Assembly (NCBI GenBank): GCA_965223265.1 | Contig: OZ244999.1 | Span: 8,096,001 to 8,160,000, forward strand | Length of the DNA stretch: 64,000 nucleotides | DNA from: Planctomycetota bacterium | GTDB lineage: Bacteria; Planctomycetota; UBA8108; SXIK01 | Reading direction: 5' to 3' | In this document: in pieces, positions 10,888 through 20,702 of the stretch | Layout of the letters: each line of letters begins with the position of its first letter | Numbering within the stretch: position 1 is the stretch's first letter | Made by a program: the position numbers and the translations under genes | The notes under the pieces: generated by a model | Databases searched by the model: none | Told to the model about the DNA's origin: nothing | The model's input: the letters and a program-made list of their open reading frames with translations, nothing else

Positions 10888-11847
10888 ATGACGACAACAT
10901 CCATAACCTCTCGACCGCAGGCATCGTCGATGGAGGCGCCAACGGCGCGGCCGCCGAATCCGACGACAGCGGCACTCTGGGCCCTGCTCGCTCTTGGGTA
11001 CGTGGTCCTCGCGTGGCCGACACTTCGTCTCTGGGCGGTCGATTGTTGGTCCGATCCCGATCTTTCTCACGTCTTCGTGGTGCCGCTGATCTCCGGGGCG
11101 ATTCTTTGGTCAATGCGCGATCGACTCAGATCTGCTGACGAGCGCGCTGCTTGGCAGGGATCGTTCGTGATGGTCGGCGCGCTCGCTGTTTTCTTCGCAG
11201 GACGGGCTGCTCTCGCCAGCTCTGTGGAACGCGTCGGCGTTTGGTTGCTCGGCATCGGCCTGGTGTGGTTTTGCCTCGGCCGCAGAGTGGTGACAAGCGC
11301 CTTCTTTGCTCTCTTCTTTTTGCTGTTCGCAGTTCCGCCGCCATTCGTCGTCGTCAGCGTCTCGCGCGTTTTCCTTAAACAACTCGCGATTCGCATGTCC
11401 TCAGACGTACTCAGTCTCTGTGGGTTCGAGTCGCGGCCTCTCGGAAGCGTTTTGGTTGTCGAGGGGCATCAATTGGAAGTCGCAGACGCCTGCACTGGCA
11501 TTCGATCGCTTTTCGCCATCGTGACGACTGCAGTGCTCTTCGCGTATCTACTGCGACTTGGTTTGATCAGGGGTGTTTTTCTGGCTGCGATTGCCGTCCC
11601 AGTGACTGTGGTACTCAACGTCGCGAGGATCTTGATCGTCGCGATCGCGCTCGCAGCGTTTGGAGTGGACCTCACCGGCGGTTCTGTCCACGCCGCGCTT
11701 GGCGCCGGTGTTTTCCTGCTGAGTCTGGTGTTTCTCTACGTGAGTTGTCGCGTCCTCGAGTGGCTCATCCCAGACCGCCAGGTGCGGCCTGCAGGCGAGC
11801 CGAGCTCAGTGGCTGACGCGTCGTCATCGTCTCGAGCGTCCCCATGA
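10888..11847 (+). CDS. xrt: Exosortase (EpsH/Xrt family)
   Basis: Multi-TM; W..DPDLSH motif; catalytic Cys in VADACTGIRSL, Arg in NVARI, His in SVHAALG. Confidence 0.9.
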   Translation: MTTTSITSRPQASSMEAPTARPPNPTTAALWALLALGYVVLAWPTLRLWAVDCWSDPDLSHVFVVPLISGAILWSMRDRLRSADERAAWQGSFVMVGALAVFFAGRAALASSVERVGVWLLGIGLVWFCLGRRVVTSAFFALFFLLFAVPPPFVVVSVSRVFLKQLAIRMSSDVLSLCGFESRPLGSVLVVEGHQLEVADACTGIRSLFAIVTTAVLFAYLLRLGLIRGVFLAAIAVPVTVVLNVARILIVAIALAAFGVDLTGGSVHAALGAGVFLLSLVFLYVSCRVLEWLIPDRQVRPAGEPSSVADASSSSRASP

Positions 11848-12545
11848 TGGTGCGACTTGTTCTCGCTACAGTTCTCATCTGGGCCGCCGCGCTTGTGCGG
11901 CTCGGGTTGAGTGAGCCGCACGTGGCTGAATCAACGGTCAGTCTGAAGAGGCCGTTTGCGGAGTGGCCTCATGGACTGCTCGGTAACGACTGGAGCGAGC
12001 GAGACGTCATCATGGACGTTGACGTCGTCACCGCGACAGGCGTCTCTGCCTATTTGCAGCGCGAGTATCGCCGCGGCGGCAAGACGTTCGTCTTTTACGC
12101 CGGATTCGTCGGTGGTCGCCGACACGGTGCTATCCACCATCCAGCGATCTGTTTTCCGGGCCAAGGTTACCGTCTGCAGAGCGAGGCGGTCGTGGAGATA
12201 CCGTCGCCGACCCCATCGGCAACTGGCGGCGCTCGCTGGTGGGAGGCGCCGATTCGGGTCAAGGAATTCGCCTGGAGTAGCGCCGCGGCTTCGCAGTCGT
12301 CGAAATATACGCTGTCGACTTTCGTCCTCGCGGATGGTTGCGAGCCAGATGAATGGGCTGTTCGTCGCCAACTAGCGACCGGCAGCGATCACTTCACCAT
12401 CGTGATTCTGAGCGGCCCCGACATCGGCTCGCTCGGCGAGAACCGACGAGTCTATTCGAAGCATCTGCGACGACTCCTACTGACATTGGCGGACCATCTT
12501 CCGCCACAGAGCACGCTTGGCGGCGAACCTGAAGAGGAGGTTTGA
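11844..12545 (+). CDS. epsI: Exosortase-associated EpsI family protein
   Basis: N-terminal TM, YLQREY, IHHPAICFPGQG (H-x-P-x-x-C motif); overlaps the exosortase stop. Confidence 0.8.
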   Translation: MMVRLVLATVLIWAAALVRLGLSEPHVAESTVSLKRPFAEWPHGLLGNDWSERDVIMDVDVVTATGVSAYLQREYRRGGKTFVFYAGFVGGRRHGAIHHPAICFPGQGYRLQSEAVVEIPSPTPSATGGARWWEAPIRVKEFAWSSAAASQSSKYTLSTFVLADGCEPDEWAVRRQLATGSDHFTIVILSGPDIGSLGENRRVYSKHLRRLLLTLADHLPPQSTLGGEPEEEV

Positions 12546-12552
12546 CGAGGTC

Positions 12553-15500
12553 ATGGTGGCGAGGTTGATCGTCTCGGTCCTGCTGGTAGGCGCGTGCTGC
12601 GGTGCGGTCTGGTATGTCATCCGTGAGGCTCCGGGGCGTGAGATCGTTGAGTTGCGCCAGGTCTCTGAGTCTTTGCTGGAGGACCTTGAGGACCACCTCG
12701 CCGCGGAGGAGGTGAACGCGGAGATCCTGGCGATTTTGCCTGACTCTGTTCGAGACCTTGTCTTTCGCGGCCGCGTCAACGAGCGCAAAGGTACAAACGA
12801 AGGTCTGCAGACGGCCCTGAAGTTGTATGACCGAGTCCTCGACATGGGGCATGAGCGCCACCTCGGCGTCGCCCTGCTCAAGGCTCGCGTCTTACGAAAG
12901 TTGGGTCAGCTACATCTTTCGCAATCGATTCTTCTCAGCATCGTGGATTCTTTTCCGTACCAAGCGTACATGCAGCTTGGCCACGTGGCTCGGCAGGGAC
13001 TCGCGACGGAGCAAGCGATCGAGCGTTACGCCCATGCGCGTTCGATCGCGACGTCTGCTCTCGAGGAAGTCCGCGCGCTGGTTGAAAGCGCCCGCGCGGC
13101 GGCCGCCGCGAGTACGGCGAACACGGGCGCATCGCGAGCCGCGGATGGGGCGCCTTCGGAACCGTCGCCAGCAGGCTCCACAACGTCAGCAGCCGAACAG
13201 TGGCATCAGCGTGCGCGGTCGTTCCTCGACGACGCCGTCGATCGATTGGATCGTCTTCGACCAGCGGATTCGGTGGACGAGGAGAGGATACGTCTTTGGC
13301 TGGGCGCGATCGCGCGGGAGCAGAGCGAGTTGAAGCTGACGGGTGAAACGCCCGCCCGCGACATGGTCGAACGGCTTCAGCTCCGGGATGCGGACCATAA
13401 GGGACTCGTCTCCAATCACCAACCGCGCCTCGCGATCATGAAAGGAGTCCTCCATCTCTACAGTGCGCTTGAGGCTTCCACAGAAACCGTCGACTCGACC
13501 GGGATTCGCGAGCGTTCGCTCGACGCGATGAGCCGTGAATTCTCGACTGCTCTCCGGCTCGACCCGGCTCAAGCGCGGCAGCTCTTGAGCGAGTCTCCGG
13601 CTCCTCGCACAGACGGCGCGCCGCCGCGCCGCGTCGCTGATCCGCACCATGTCGACCCGCATCGTGTCGACCGGCACCGATACCTCCGCGATCTTCGCGT
13701 CATCGCGCTGAAGGTGCTGCGATCTCCGCTCTCTTCGCGATTGATCTTGGACGACTCACCGCTGCAGCTAGCTCGCCGCATCGAAGATGCTGCGGCCAAC
13801 GGAGGTGGCGACACGTCCACGTTTGCGCTCCTGCGGGCCTACGCCGGACTCAAATACAAAGGATCGCAGCACGCGACTGTGAGGTCCACGGCAGTCCAGG
13901 AGCTGCGCAGATTCCTGTTCGATGCCGGGCCGCGCTCTGCTGTCGAGCTCTTGGCTGTTGCTGAGAACCTGCTGACGAACGACGTGCCCTCGCCGCTGCT
14001 TGTGGATTGCCTCGAACAGCTATCCGAGAGCGTCGAGGATCCGCTGCAGTTCCTCGGCCGACGTGTCGACCTGTTACTCCGTGTGCGACAGCAGGTCGGC
14101 GGCCTCGAAGAGTGGGCAGGGAAGCGTCTCGAGACCGTCTTTGACGCCGCGATTGGGTCCGCCGACACCGCAGCGAAGGAACGAGCCGTACTTCGCGCCT
14201 ACCGAAGGGTGTACGGACTTCAGCCGGCGCTGCAGCTTTGTCGTTCCCGCGTTGAGGATGTTCCGGGTGCCGGGCTGCGGCTCCTCTTCGGTGATTGGCT
14301 CGCCCAGCGTGCGTCGCAGTCCGGTGGTGACGCCGAAGAAGCTGCAGCGACGGATCTCGCCGAGGCGCTGGGGCATTACATCGTTCACTTGGTGGATTCT
14401 CCGACCGCTGGCGAGAGGGCTGCCGACCGCGCCGCTCAGCTGCTGGCAACCGCCGACCGCCCTGCCCGCGGTGTCCCTGCTCCAGTCCGGCGATTGTTCC
14501 CGGCGGCAAGCGAGTCGCAGATCGAAGCGTTCTTCGACGCGGCTTGCCACTTCCTCACCGGCAGATTCGAAGAAGCCCTCGCCGCTTCCCAGCCGCTCGA
14601 TCAGATCACGACGTTTCAGCCCTTTCTCTCGTTTCTTCGCGGTTCGTGTCACGTCGGTGTTGCGTCGCGACTCGAGAGCGGCGACGCCGCGCGCAGTGCC
14701 ACCGAGCGTGCGGATCTCGAGTTTGCGCGCGAGCGGGAGCTGCAGTTCGCACGGCGTGAGTTTGACCGCTTCCCACAGTACCTCGCCAACGCTTTGGAGC
14801 TCCTTGAGCTAGATCTTTCTGAAGGCACAGCGAGCTGGAGCACCTTGGCGCTGCGTCTTGATCAGCTCGGTGACGACCCACGAGCTGGGTATCGCATCCA
14901 TTGGCTCCGCGCGCTTCTTATCACCGGGAGATTCCGAGACGCGTATCACGCCCGGGACGTCAAGAACTCGGAAGTCGCCCGTCTCCTGATCGATCAGCGA
15001 GAGGCGCTCCGTCTGACGCTGACGCTGGCTCCCGGTTTCACCGCCGCGTCGCTGCTTCTCGCCGAGTCGTTCGTGATCTGCGAGCAAGAGGAGCGGCGGC
15101 TACGCCGCAGCGAAGGCCGTGGACGGCAACTCTACGCGGCTGACTATGGCCGTGCCATCAGCGCCTTGAGGGCCGTCGCCCATCCGACGCCGAGCGTTCT
15201 CCTGCGGCTCGGTCAGTACCTGGTTGCCAACGGGGATTTCGAGGCGGCGATGCCCGCGCTCGAGTCTGTGGCGCGGTCGCAACCTTCCAGCGAGGTGTTT
15301 GTGCGACTGTTCGATCTCTACCTGAATCGCGATGAGGCAGCGCTGGAGGCGATTCTGTCTGAACGACCGGCGACGGAGAATTTGCAGACGCTCCAGGATC
15401 GGTTCCTCGCGGTCAGCGATCATGCGTACTTGAGGCATACATTTTTGGGTCAGCTGTACGGAAAGCGGGCATCTACCGCGTCGAATGCCGCCACGCGACG

Positions 15501-15975
15501 CGCGTGGGCGGAGCGGCAAGTCGAGAGTTACGAGAACGCGCTGCGTGCCGCTGAGAGTAGTGGCAGGGTGCTGCCAGTGAGTCTTCTGAGCGACCTAGCC
15601 AGTCGTCTCGTCGAGGACGACGACCCGAAGCGTCGGGAGCGTGGCCTGGAAATTGCAAATCGAGCAAGGGACAGAGTGCTCGGGGCCGACCAGGCCGCGC
15701 AGGTCTTCGAGACCTACGGTTGGGCGCTCTACCGAAACGGCAAGTTGCTCGAGGCAAAGCGAGTCTATGACGAGCTCACGAAGACGACCCGACGACCACG
15801 AGCGCTGTACAAGTATGCAAGAGTTCTCTTCGATCTGAAGGAGTACAACGAAGCTTCAAGTGTGCTGACGCTGGCGCTGAACTCGAGTGAGTTCGTGGAG
15901 CGAGAAGAGGCACGTCGGTTGCTTCAGGAAGTTCGACTGCGCAGCGCTGAGAAGACTGGGCAGAAAGCCAATTGA
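12553..15975 (+). CDS. Very large membrane-anchored all-helical TPR-like protein (PrsT-like position)
   Basis: N-terminal TM; Ala/Leu/Arg-rich helical content; C-terminal TPR-like ETYGWALYRNG...YKYARVLFDLKEYNEA resembling PrsT C-termini. Confidence 0.7.
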   Translation: MVARLIVSVLLVGACCGAVWYVIREAPGREIVELRQVSESLLEDLEDHLAAEEVNAEILAILPDSVRDLVFRGRVNERKGTNEGLQTALKLYDRVLDMGHERHLGVALLKARVLRKLGQLHLSQSILLSIVDSFPYQAYMQLGHVARQGLATEQAIERYAHARSIATSALEEVRALVESARAAAAASTANTGASRAADGAPSEPSPAGSTTSAAEQWHQRARSFLDDAVDRLDRLRPADSVDEERIRLWLGAIAREQSELKLTGETPARDMVERLQLRDADHKGLVSNHQPRLAIMKGVLHLYSALEASTETVDSTGIRERSLDAMSREFSTALRLDPAQARQLLSESPAPRTDGAPPRRVADPHHVDPHRVDRHRYLRDLRVIALKVLRSPLSSRLILDDSPLQLARRIEDAAANGGGDTSTFALLRAYAGLKYKGSQHATVRSTAVQELRRFLFDAGPRSAVELLAVAENLLTNDVPSPLLVDCLEQLSESVEDPLQFLGRRVDLLLRVRQQVGGLEEWAGKRLETVFDAAIGSADTAAKERAVLRAYRRVYGLQPALQLCRSRVEDVPGAGLRLLFGDWLAQRASQSGGDAEEAAATDLAEALGHYIVHLVDSPTAGERAADRAAQLLATADRPARGVPAPVRRLFPAASESQIEAFFDAACHFLTGRFEEALAASQPLDQITTFQPFLSFLRGSCHVGVASRLESGDAARSATERADLEFARERELQFARREFDRFPQYLANALELLELDLSEGTASWSTLALRLDQLGDDPRAGYRIHWLRALLITGRFRDAYHARDVKNSEVARLLIDQREALRLTLTLAPGFTAASLLLAESFVICEQEERRLRRSEGRGRQLYAADYGRAISALRAVAHPTPSVLLRLGQYLVANGDFEAAMPALESVARSQPSSEVFVRLFDLYLNRDEAALEAILSERPATENLQTLQDRFLAVSDHAYLRHTFLGQLYGKRASTASNAATRRAWAERQVESYENALRAAESSGRVLPVSLLSDLASRLVEDDDPKRRERGLEIANRARDRVLGADQAAQVFETYGWALYRNGKLLEAKRVYDELTKTTRRPRALYKYARVLFDLKEYNEASSVLTLALNSSEFVEREEARRLLQEVRLRSAEKTGQKAN

Positions 15976-15988
15976 GCGTGATAGGAAA

Positions 15989-17452
15989 ATGAACCTCGAG
16001 AATCTCAAAGATAAAGCTCTACGGATCTGCCTGACACCGCCCGAGCTTCTTTACGTTGTGACGCGGCACTGGCTCCTGATCGCGTCGCTCTTTTTTCTCG
16101 GCGGGACGCTGATGTTCGGCAAGGTGCTGACAGATACGACGATGTATCGCGGCAAGACGCGCCTGCTCGTCAACGGCAGCGCCGGTGACGCCGTCGAAAG
16201 CGGTCGACGTAACACTCGAGCAGACGACGACCAGTTCCTCCGATCGCAGCTCGAAGTGATGTCCAGCGATTCCGTCTTCCGCAAGGTGGTGGTGCAACTC
16301 GGCCTCGATCAACTGCCTGCCAAAGAGGACACGTCCACAGGAGTCAAACGATTCGCCAAGCAAGTGCGACGTCTCATGACCTCGTGGAGGTCTTGGTTCA
16401 GCTCGAACGAGATTCGTGACTTTGGCGAAGAGCGAAACACTCAGCTTGCGATCAGGTACTTTCGGGAGCGAGCGTCGCTGACGTCCGATCCCCGCACTGG
16501 GATCGTCGAAATGGTTCTGGTCAACTCCTCGCGCGACGCTTTGAAGTCCGAGCTCGAAACATGGGCGCAAGCCTACCGGGCTCGCATGAGCGAAATGGCG
16601 AAGGACACCTACGACAGTTTCTTTCACTCCCGCACGGAGTATTGGAAGAGCATCGAAGAGGCTGCGCAGGAGAAACTCGCCGCCTTTCAGCGCGACAACC
16701 CTGACGTCTCAGAAATCGCCCTTCGCACACTCACGCAGGAGTCCGTCGACCTGCAAGTGCTTCGTAGCGAGCTTCAAAGGCGACTTGAGACGGGCGACTG
16801 GGACCCGGACGCGGATGCTCGCGATGCGAGCGCGGCGCCAGTCGATCCTGCCTTGTCCGCACTGCGCAGCCGCAAAGTCGATTTGGCGTTGGCACTCGCT
16901 GACGCACGCAGCCGCTACAAGGCCGATAGCTATCGCGTCCAAGCGATCGAGAGGCGACTCGCCGAGGTCGACAAGCAGCTTCAGGATCGCGAGGTCGCCT
17001 CGGATCCGCAGTCCAGCGAAGAGGAGCTGACTGACCTGCAAAAGGAGTTGCTCCTCAGAGAGCAGATTGACCGGCTCGCGCGGCAGCTCAACGAGAAGAT
17101 GGCCAAAGAGGTCGCCCTCAAGGCCCGACTCGAGGAGTTGAAGGACTTGGAGGCTCACTACCGCAAAGCGAAGTCGGTACGCGAGGACTACGCCAACGGC
17201 CTGCTGCAGCTTGAGGATCGGATCGACTCGGACGGCAAGGTCCGAGTCACGGTTGTCGATCCTCCAGTCGTGGCGACGCGGCCGCTCAATCCCGACCCGG
17301 CGCGGCAGATTGCGATTGGCTCGGGTAGTGGCCTTGTCCTTGGCCTACTGCTCGCGTTTGTGTTCGAAATGCTGAACCGCAAAGTTCGCTTCAAGAACGA
17401 CGTAGAAGAGGATCTCGGTGTCAGTGTGATCGGCGTCGTACCCAGGAGATAA
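15989..17452 (+). CDS. Polysaccharide chain-length determinant / co-polymerase (Wzc/GumC N-terminal part)
   Basis: Two TM segments flanking a long coiled coil; VVDPP..ATRPLNP; C-terminal DVEEDLGVSVIGVVP. Confidence 0.85.
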   Translation: MNLENLKDKALRICLTPPELLYVVTRHWLLIASLFFLGGTLMFGKVLTDTTMYRGKTRLLVNGSAGDAVESGRRNTRADDDQFLRSQLEVMSSDSVFRKVVVQLGLDQLPAKEDTSTGVKRFAKQVRRLMTSWRSWFSSNEIRDFGEERNTQLAIRYFRERASLTSDPRTGIVEMVLVNSSRDALKSELETWAQAYRARMSEMAKDTYDSFFHSRTEYWKSIEEAAQEKLAAFQRDNPDVSEIALRTLTQESVDLQVLRSELQRRLETGDWDPDADARDASAAPVDPALSALRSRKVDLALALADARSRYKADSYRVQAIERRLAEVDKQLQDREVASDPQSSEEELTDLQKELLLREQIDRLARQLNEKMAKEVALKARLEELKDLEAHYRKAKSVREDYANGLLQLEDRIDSDGKVRVTVVDPPVVATRPLNPDPARQIAIGSGSGLVLGLLLAFVFEMLNRKVRFKNDVEEDLGVSVIGVVPRR

Positions 17453-17460
17453 CAAAGACC

Positions 17461-18276
17461 ATGGCTACAGCAACTCACGGAGGAGAACTGGCTCCGACGC
17501 TCGACGTCCCCACCGCACGCGATCGCTCGGTGTCTCTCTTGAAAGTCTTGCAAACGGCGAAGCTTGACGTCGCCCCGCGCTGCCGGAGCCAACGCGGATT
17601 CGTTCGTTTCCTCAAGCGCGCCGCGCGCGACGAACGCTTCATGAATCACGTTGAGGGTGTCCGAGACGCGCTTGTTCAACTCGCCGTCGGCGATCGAGAG
17701 AATCACGGCGGTGTCGTGCTGACGATCGCCGGTGTCAACGGCGGCGAGGGAGCTAGCACGCTTTCGATTCTTCTGAGTCTACTCCTCGGTAGCAGCTCCA
17801 CGCGCAGCGTCGCTTACGTCGACGCGCAGTTCCAGCCCCAACGCTTCGCCGCCCTGGCTGAACTCTTTGGGCTGTCGCGCGGGATCGAGCAGTTCGAGGC
17901 TGAGTGGAGCGAGCTTGAAACCCACCGCGCTCGAGGCCAAGAGAACGTCCTCTTTCTGCGCAATCCTGAGGCCCCGAAGTGTCTCGACTTCTTTTCCGAT
18001 CGTGAAGTTGGCGCGTTGCTCGCCGACCTGCGGCAGGAGTTCGATTTCACGGTGATCGACATGCCCGGAGTCCTCAAGGACGCATCGAACTTCTTTCTCG
18101 CCCCGAACGTTGACGGCGTCTACGTCGTCGCGCAGCCCGGCAGGACGACGGTCGACGACCTGAACCGCTCTGTCTCGGGAGTGCAGCAGGCCGGTGGTGA
18201 GGTCAAAGGCGTCGTGCTCAACCAGCAGCGCGCTCCCCGCTGGGCCCGCCTTCTCTGGCGCGACTTCTTCTTCTAA
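17461..18276 (+). CDS. BY-kinase-like (CpsD/CapB) P-loop protein, degenerate
   Basis: GGEGAST (Walker A-like), FDFTVIDMPG (Walker B), DGVYVV, GVVLNQ; follows the Wzc-like gene. Confidence 0.8.
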   Translation: MATATHGGELAPTLDVPTARDRSVSLLKVLQTAKLDVAPRCRSQRGFVRFLKRAARDERFMNHVEGVRDALVQLAVGDRENHGGVVLTIAGVNGGEGASTLSILLSLLLGSSSTRSVAYVDAQFQPQRFAALAELFGLSRGIEQFEAEWSELETHRARGQENVLFLRNPEAPKCLDFFSDREVGALLADLRQEFDFTVIDMPGVLKDASNFFLAPNVDGVYVVAQPGRTTVDDLNRSVSGVQQAGGEVKGVVLNQQRAPRWARLLWRDFFF

Positions 18277-18435
18277 CAGCCCGTTGAAAAAGTCATTCGG
18301 CCGAGAAACTGGCCTCTTCACGCCCAGCTCGACCGCGTCAATACTCGAAAATCCCGAAGATTGCCTGCGTTTGCCGCGGCCGACCTGGACGCGAAGAGAC
18401 CAGTTTTCGGCTCGAAGCACTTTTTCAACGGGCTG
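18277..18435. mobile_element. MITE copy A (159 bp), 17-bp perfect TIR, 4-bp TSD CTAA
   Basis: CAGCCCGTTGAAAAAGT at 18277 and its reverse complement ending at 18435; CTAA on both sides; near-identical inverted copy at 27153-27312. Confidence 0.9.
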
Positions 18436-18506
18436 CTAAACGGCGTACCTGCCCCAGGTGGCATCACGAGGGGAGCAGCGCGTTTCAGACGCGACGTTGA
18501 GAGCGA

Positions 18507-19229
18507 CTAGAACGCCCCTGCCGTGGCGGCGCCCGTGATGATCGAGCTCGAGCCGGCGAAAAGCGTGAAGATGTATTCGCGCAGGTAGTTCACGACGCCG
18601 CCGAAGAACGTGCGACTGAGGATGATTTGGTCCTCAGGCAGCAGGAACAACCCTTCCGAGCGATCGTTGAGATCGACGCGGTAGCTCGTCGGGTGAAGCG
18701 GGTTGACGTAGGGACGCCACAGGAGTGCCCAGTCGGTGTCGCCTGTCACCCGCATGCCCCCCGCCGTGGAGATGGCGTCTTGGAGGGTCATTCGCAAGGT
18801 CATGGGGTAGCGCCCAGGGCGCTCGAACTGACCGACCATGTAGATCCACTCCTCAGCGGGCGCGACCTGGATTTTGATTCGGTATCTCGCAGCATCTGAC
18901 TCGTCTTTGAGCTCGTCAGCCAGCCCACCGAGGATCTCCTCTTCGAGCTGCTGAATCGTTTTTCCCGCCAGCTTCGGATTGTCGACATGACTCATGTCTG
19001 AGCGGCCGTCGGGGAGAATAAAGTTCGAGTCGCTCAGGAGTGCCCCTTCGGTCTCCACTGCGGAGTCGAAGATCTGGACCGTGACCTGATCCCCCGGCCT
19101 GAACTGATAGAGCGTGTGCCGCTGGCGCAGCTGCGCCGCGAAGTCGTCGTTGATCGCGGACGGAGTGGCGACGGCGCACGATACCGCGACTGGAACTACC
19201 AGGAGAAGGAGGATGCTGGAGGACTTCAC
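18507..19229 (-). CDS. wza: Polysaccharide export protein (Wza/Poly_export + SLBB), lipoprotein
   Basis: Signal with lipobox-like AVSC; YQFRPGDQV, ILPDGR, LAGKT, VGQFERPGRY, AISTAGG. GTG start at 19229 inferred. Confidence 0.8.
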   Translation of the reverse strand: MKSSSILLLLVVPVAVSCAVATPSAINDDFAAQLRQRHTLYQFRPGDQVTVQIFDSAVETEGALLSDSNFILPDGRSDMSHVDNPKLAGKTIQQLEEEILGGLADELKDESDAARYRIKIQVAPAEEWIYMVGQFERPGRYPMTLRMTLQDAISTAGGMRVTGDTDWALLWRPYVNPLHPTSYRVDLNDRSEGLFLLPEDQIILSRTFFGGVVNYLREYIFTLFAGSSSIITGAATAGAF

Positions 19230-19600
19230 CTGACGACGCCTCTTGAGTTCGGTTGGGAAACGGTCTACGGCTACCAACTGCAGTTATCTTCGGCTTATCG
19301 ACCCCAAGACTTGATAGGTTCCCATCACTCGACCGGGGACGCGACGATGCGTCGGGCGCGCCGCCGGGATCGGCGTCACGCCGTACCGGCCCTGACAGCC
19401 CAGGCAGTGGGCCCCCGGGGAGCGTATTTGCGGCCTCTGAGAGGCTGGAAAGTGCCCTCGGACGCATGTTACGATTCCTCCCCCTCTGCGCTCCGGCGCC
19501 GTAAGAAAGAGTGCCGGTTTTCGCCCGCCGCGGGGCGTGGGGTCTCGTCGTCCAGCACATCTACCGAGGACCACTTCCTTTCTGGGGATCACATTCGATC

Positions 19601-20578
19601 ATGATTGGCTTTGCGATACGTCGAGCGTTGTCGATGGGACTTGTCTGCGGCTTAGTCCTTAGCGTCGCAGGCTGTTCTCCCGACGGCGAGTCGAGCGGGC
19701 GGCGATTTCTCAGCATTGGGACAGCCCCGATCGGCGGCGCGTTCGCTCACGTCGGCGGGACGCTGGCCGAGGTTCTCAATCGCCACTTGAAAAGCGATCG
19801 CGGTTGGGATTTTCAGACGCAGGGAACCAAAGGGTCGCAGGAGAATATCCGTCGGCTCGACAAGGGCGAGCTCGACTTCGCACTGTCAAACGCGGCCATC
19901 ACCTACTTCGCGGCGAGGGGTGAGGCCTCCTGGGAGCGGCCACAGAAGATCATGGCTGTGATGACGCTGGCACCGAACGTCGCCATGTTTATCACCAAGA
20001 AGGATTCTGGGGTCCAGACGATTGGAGACCTGAAGGGCAAGCGCGTTGTCGTTGGGCCGTCCGGAGCAGGCTTTAAGATGTTCCTCGAGCCGATTTTGAA
20101 GGCGCACAACGTGTCGTACGATGATTTCGATCCACTGCACAGCTCTCAGAGCGGCGCGGTCGACATGATCGCGGATGGGAATGCCAGCGCAGCGTTTCTC
20201 GGTGGTGCGGTGCCGACGGCCGCGGTGACACAAGCGTGCAGCGCCCACGACATCCACTTCGTGCCGTACGACGCCGGCGCTAAGGCGCGATTAATCGAGG
20301 AGTACGCCTTCTTCGAGGCTGCGACGATCGCACGCGACAAGTACTCCGATCTTGAGGCTGATTTCGACGGACTCAACGTTGGCTCGATGCACGTCATTAC
20401 GCGGGCAGACCTCGAAGACGAGGTCGTCTACCAGGTGACGAAGACGCTGTACGAGAAGCGCGAGGAGATCATCCAGGCCCACCCCGTCGGTCGTGTGATC
20501 GAGAAGCGAGCCGCCATGGATACGGGCGTGCCGTTTCACCCAGGCGCTCTGCGGTTCTATGCAGAGCTCGGACGCTAG
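19601..20578 (+). CDS. TAXI family TRAP transporter solute-binding lipoprotein
   Basis: Lipobox VAGC; IGTAPIGG, TKGSQEN, DLKGKRV, PFHPGALRFY. Confidence 0.93.
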   Translation: MIGFAIRRALSMGLVCGLVLSVAGCSPDGESSGRRFLSIGTAPIGGAFAHVGGTLAEVLNRHLKSDRGWDFQTQGTKGSQENIRRLDKGELDFALSNAAITYFAARGEASWERPQKIMAVMTLAPNVAMFITKKDSGVQTIGDLKGKRVVVGPSGAGFKMFLEPILKAHNVSYDDFDPLHSSQSGAVDMIADGNASAAFLGGAVPTAAVTQACSAHDIHFVPYDAGAKARLIEEYAFFEAATIARDKYSDLEADFDGLNVGSMHVITRADLEDEVVYQVTKTLYEKREEIIQAHPVGRVIEKRAAMDTGVPFHPGALRFYAELGR

Positions 20579-20702
20579 CCTCTTATGTTGATTCCGCATG
20601 CATCGGGGAGCAGGAGCGCCCAGGACGGATCGTCAGGCGCGGACCCTCGATGGCATGTCGGGCACTGACACGGATGATGCGGCAGCGCAGTAGGAGAGTG
20701 CG

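Noticed and set aside
17779-18439. ORFs sharing the peptide 'LRAENWSLRVQ...GFSSID' here and at 27093-27296
   Set aside because: The similarity is only translation of the two MITE copies, not a duplicated gene.
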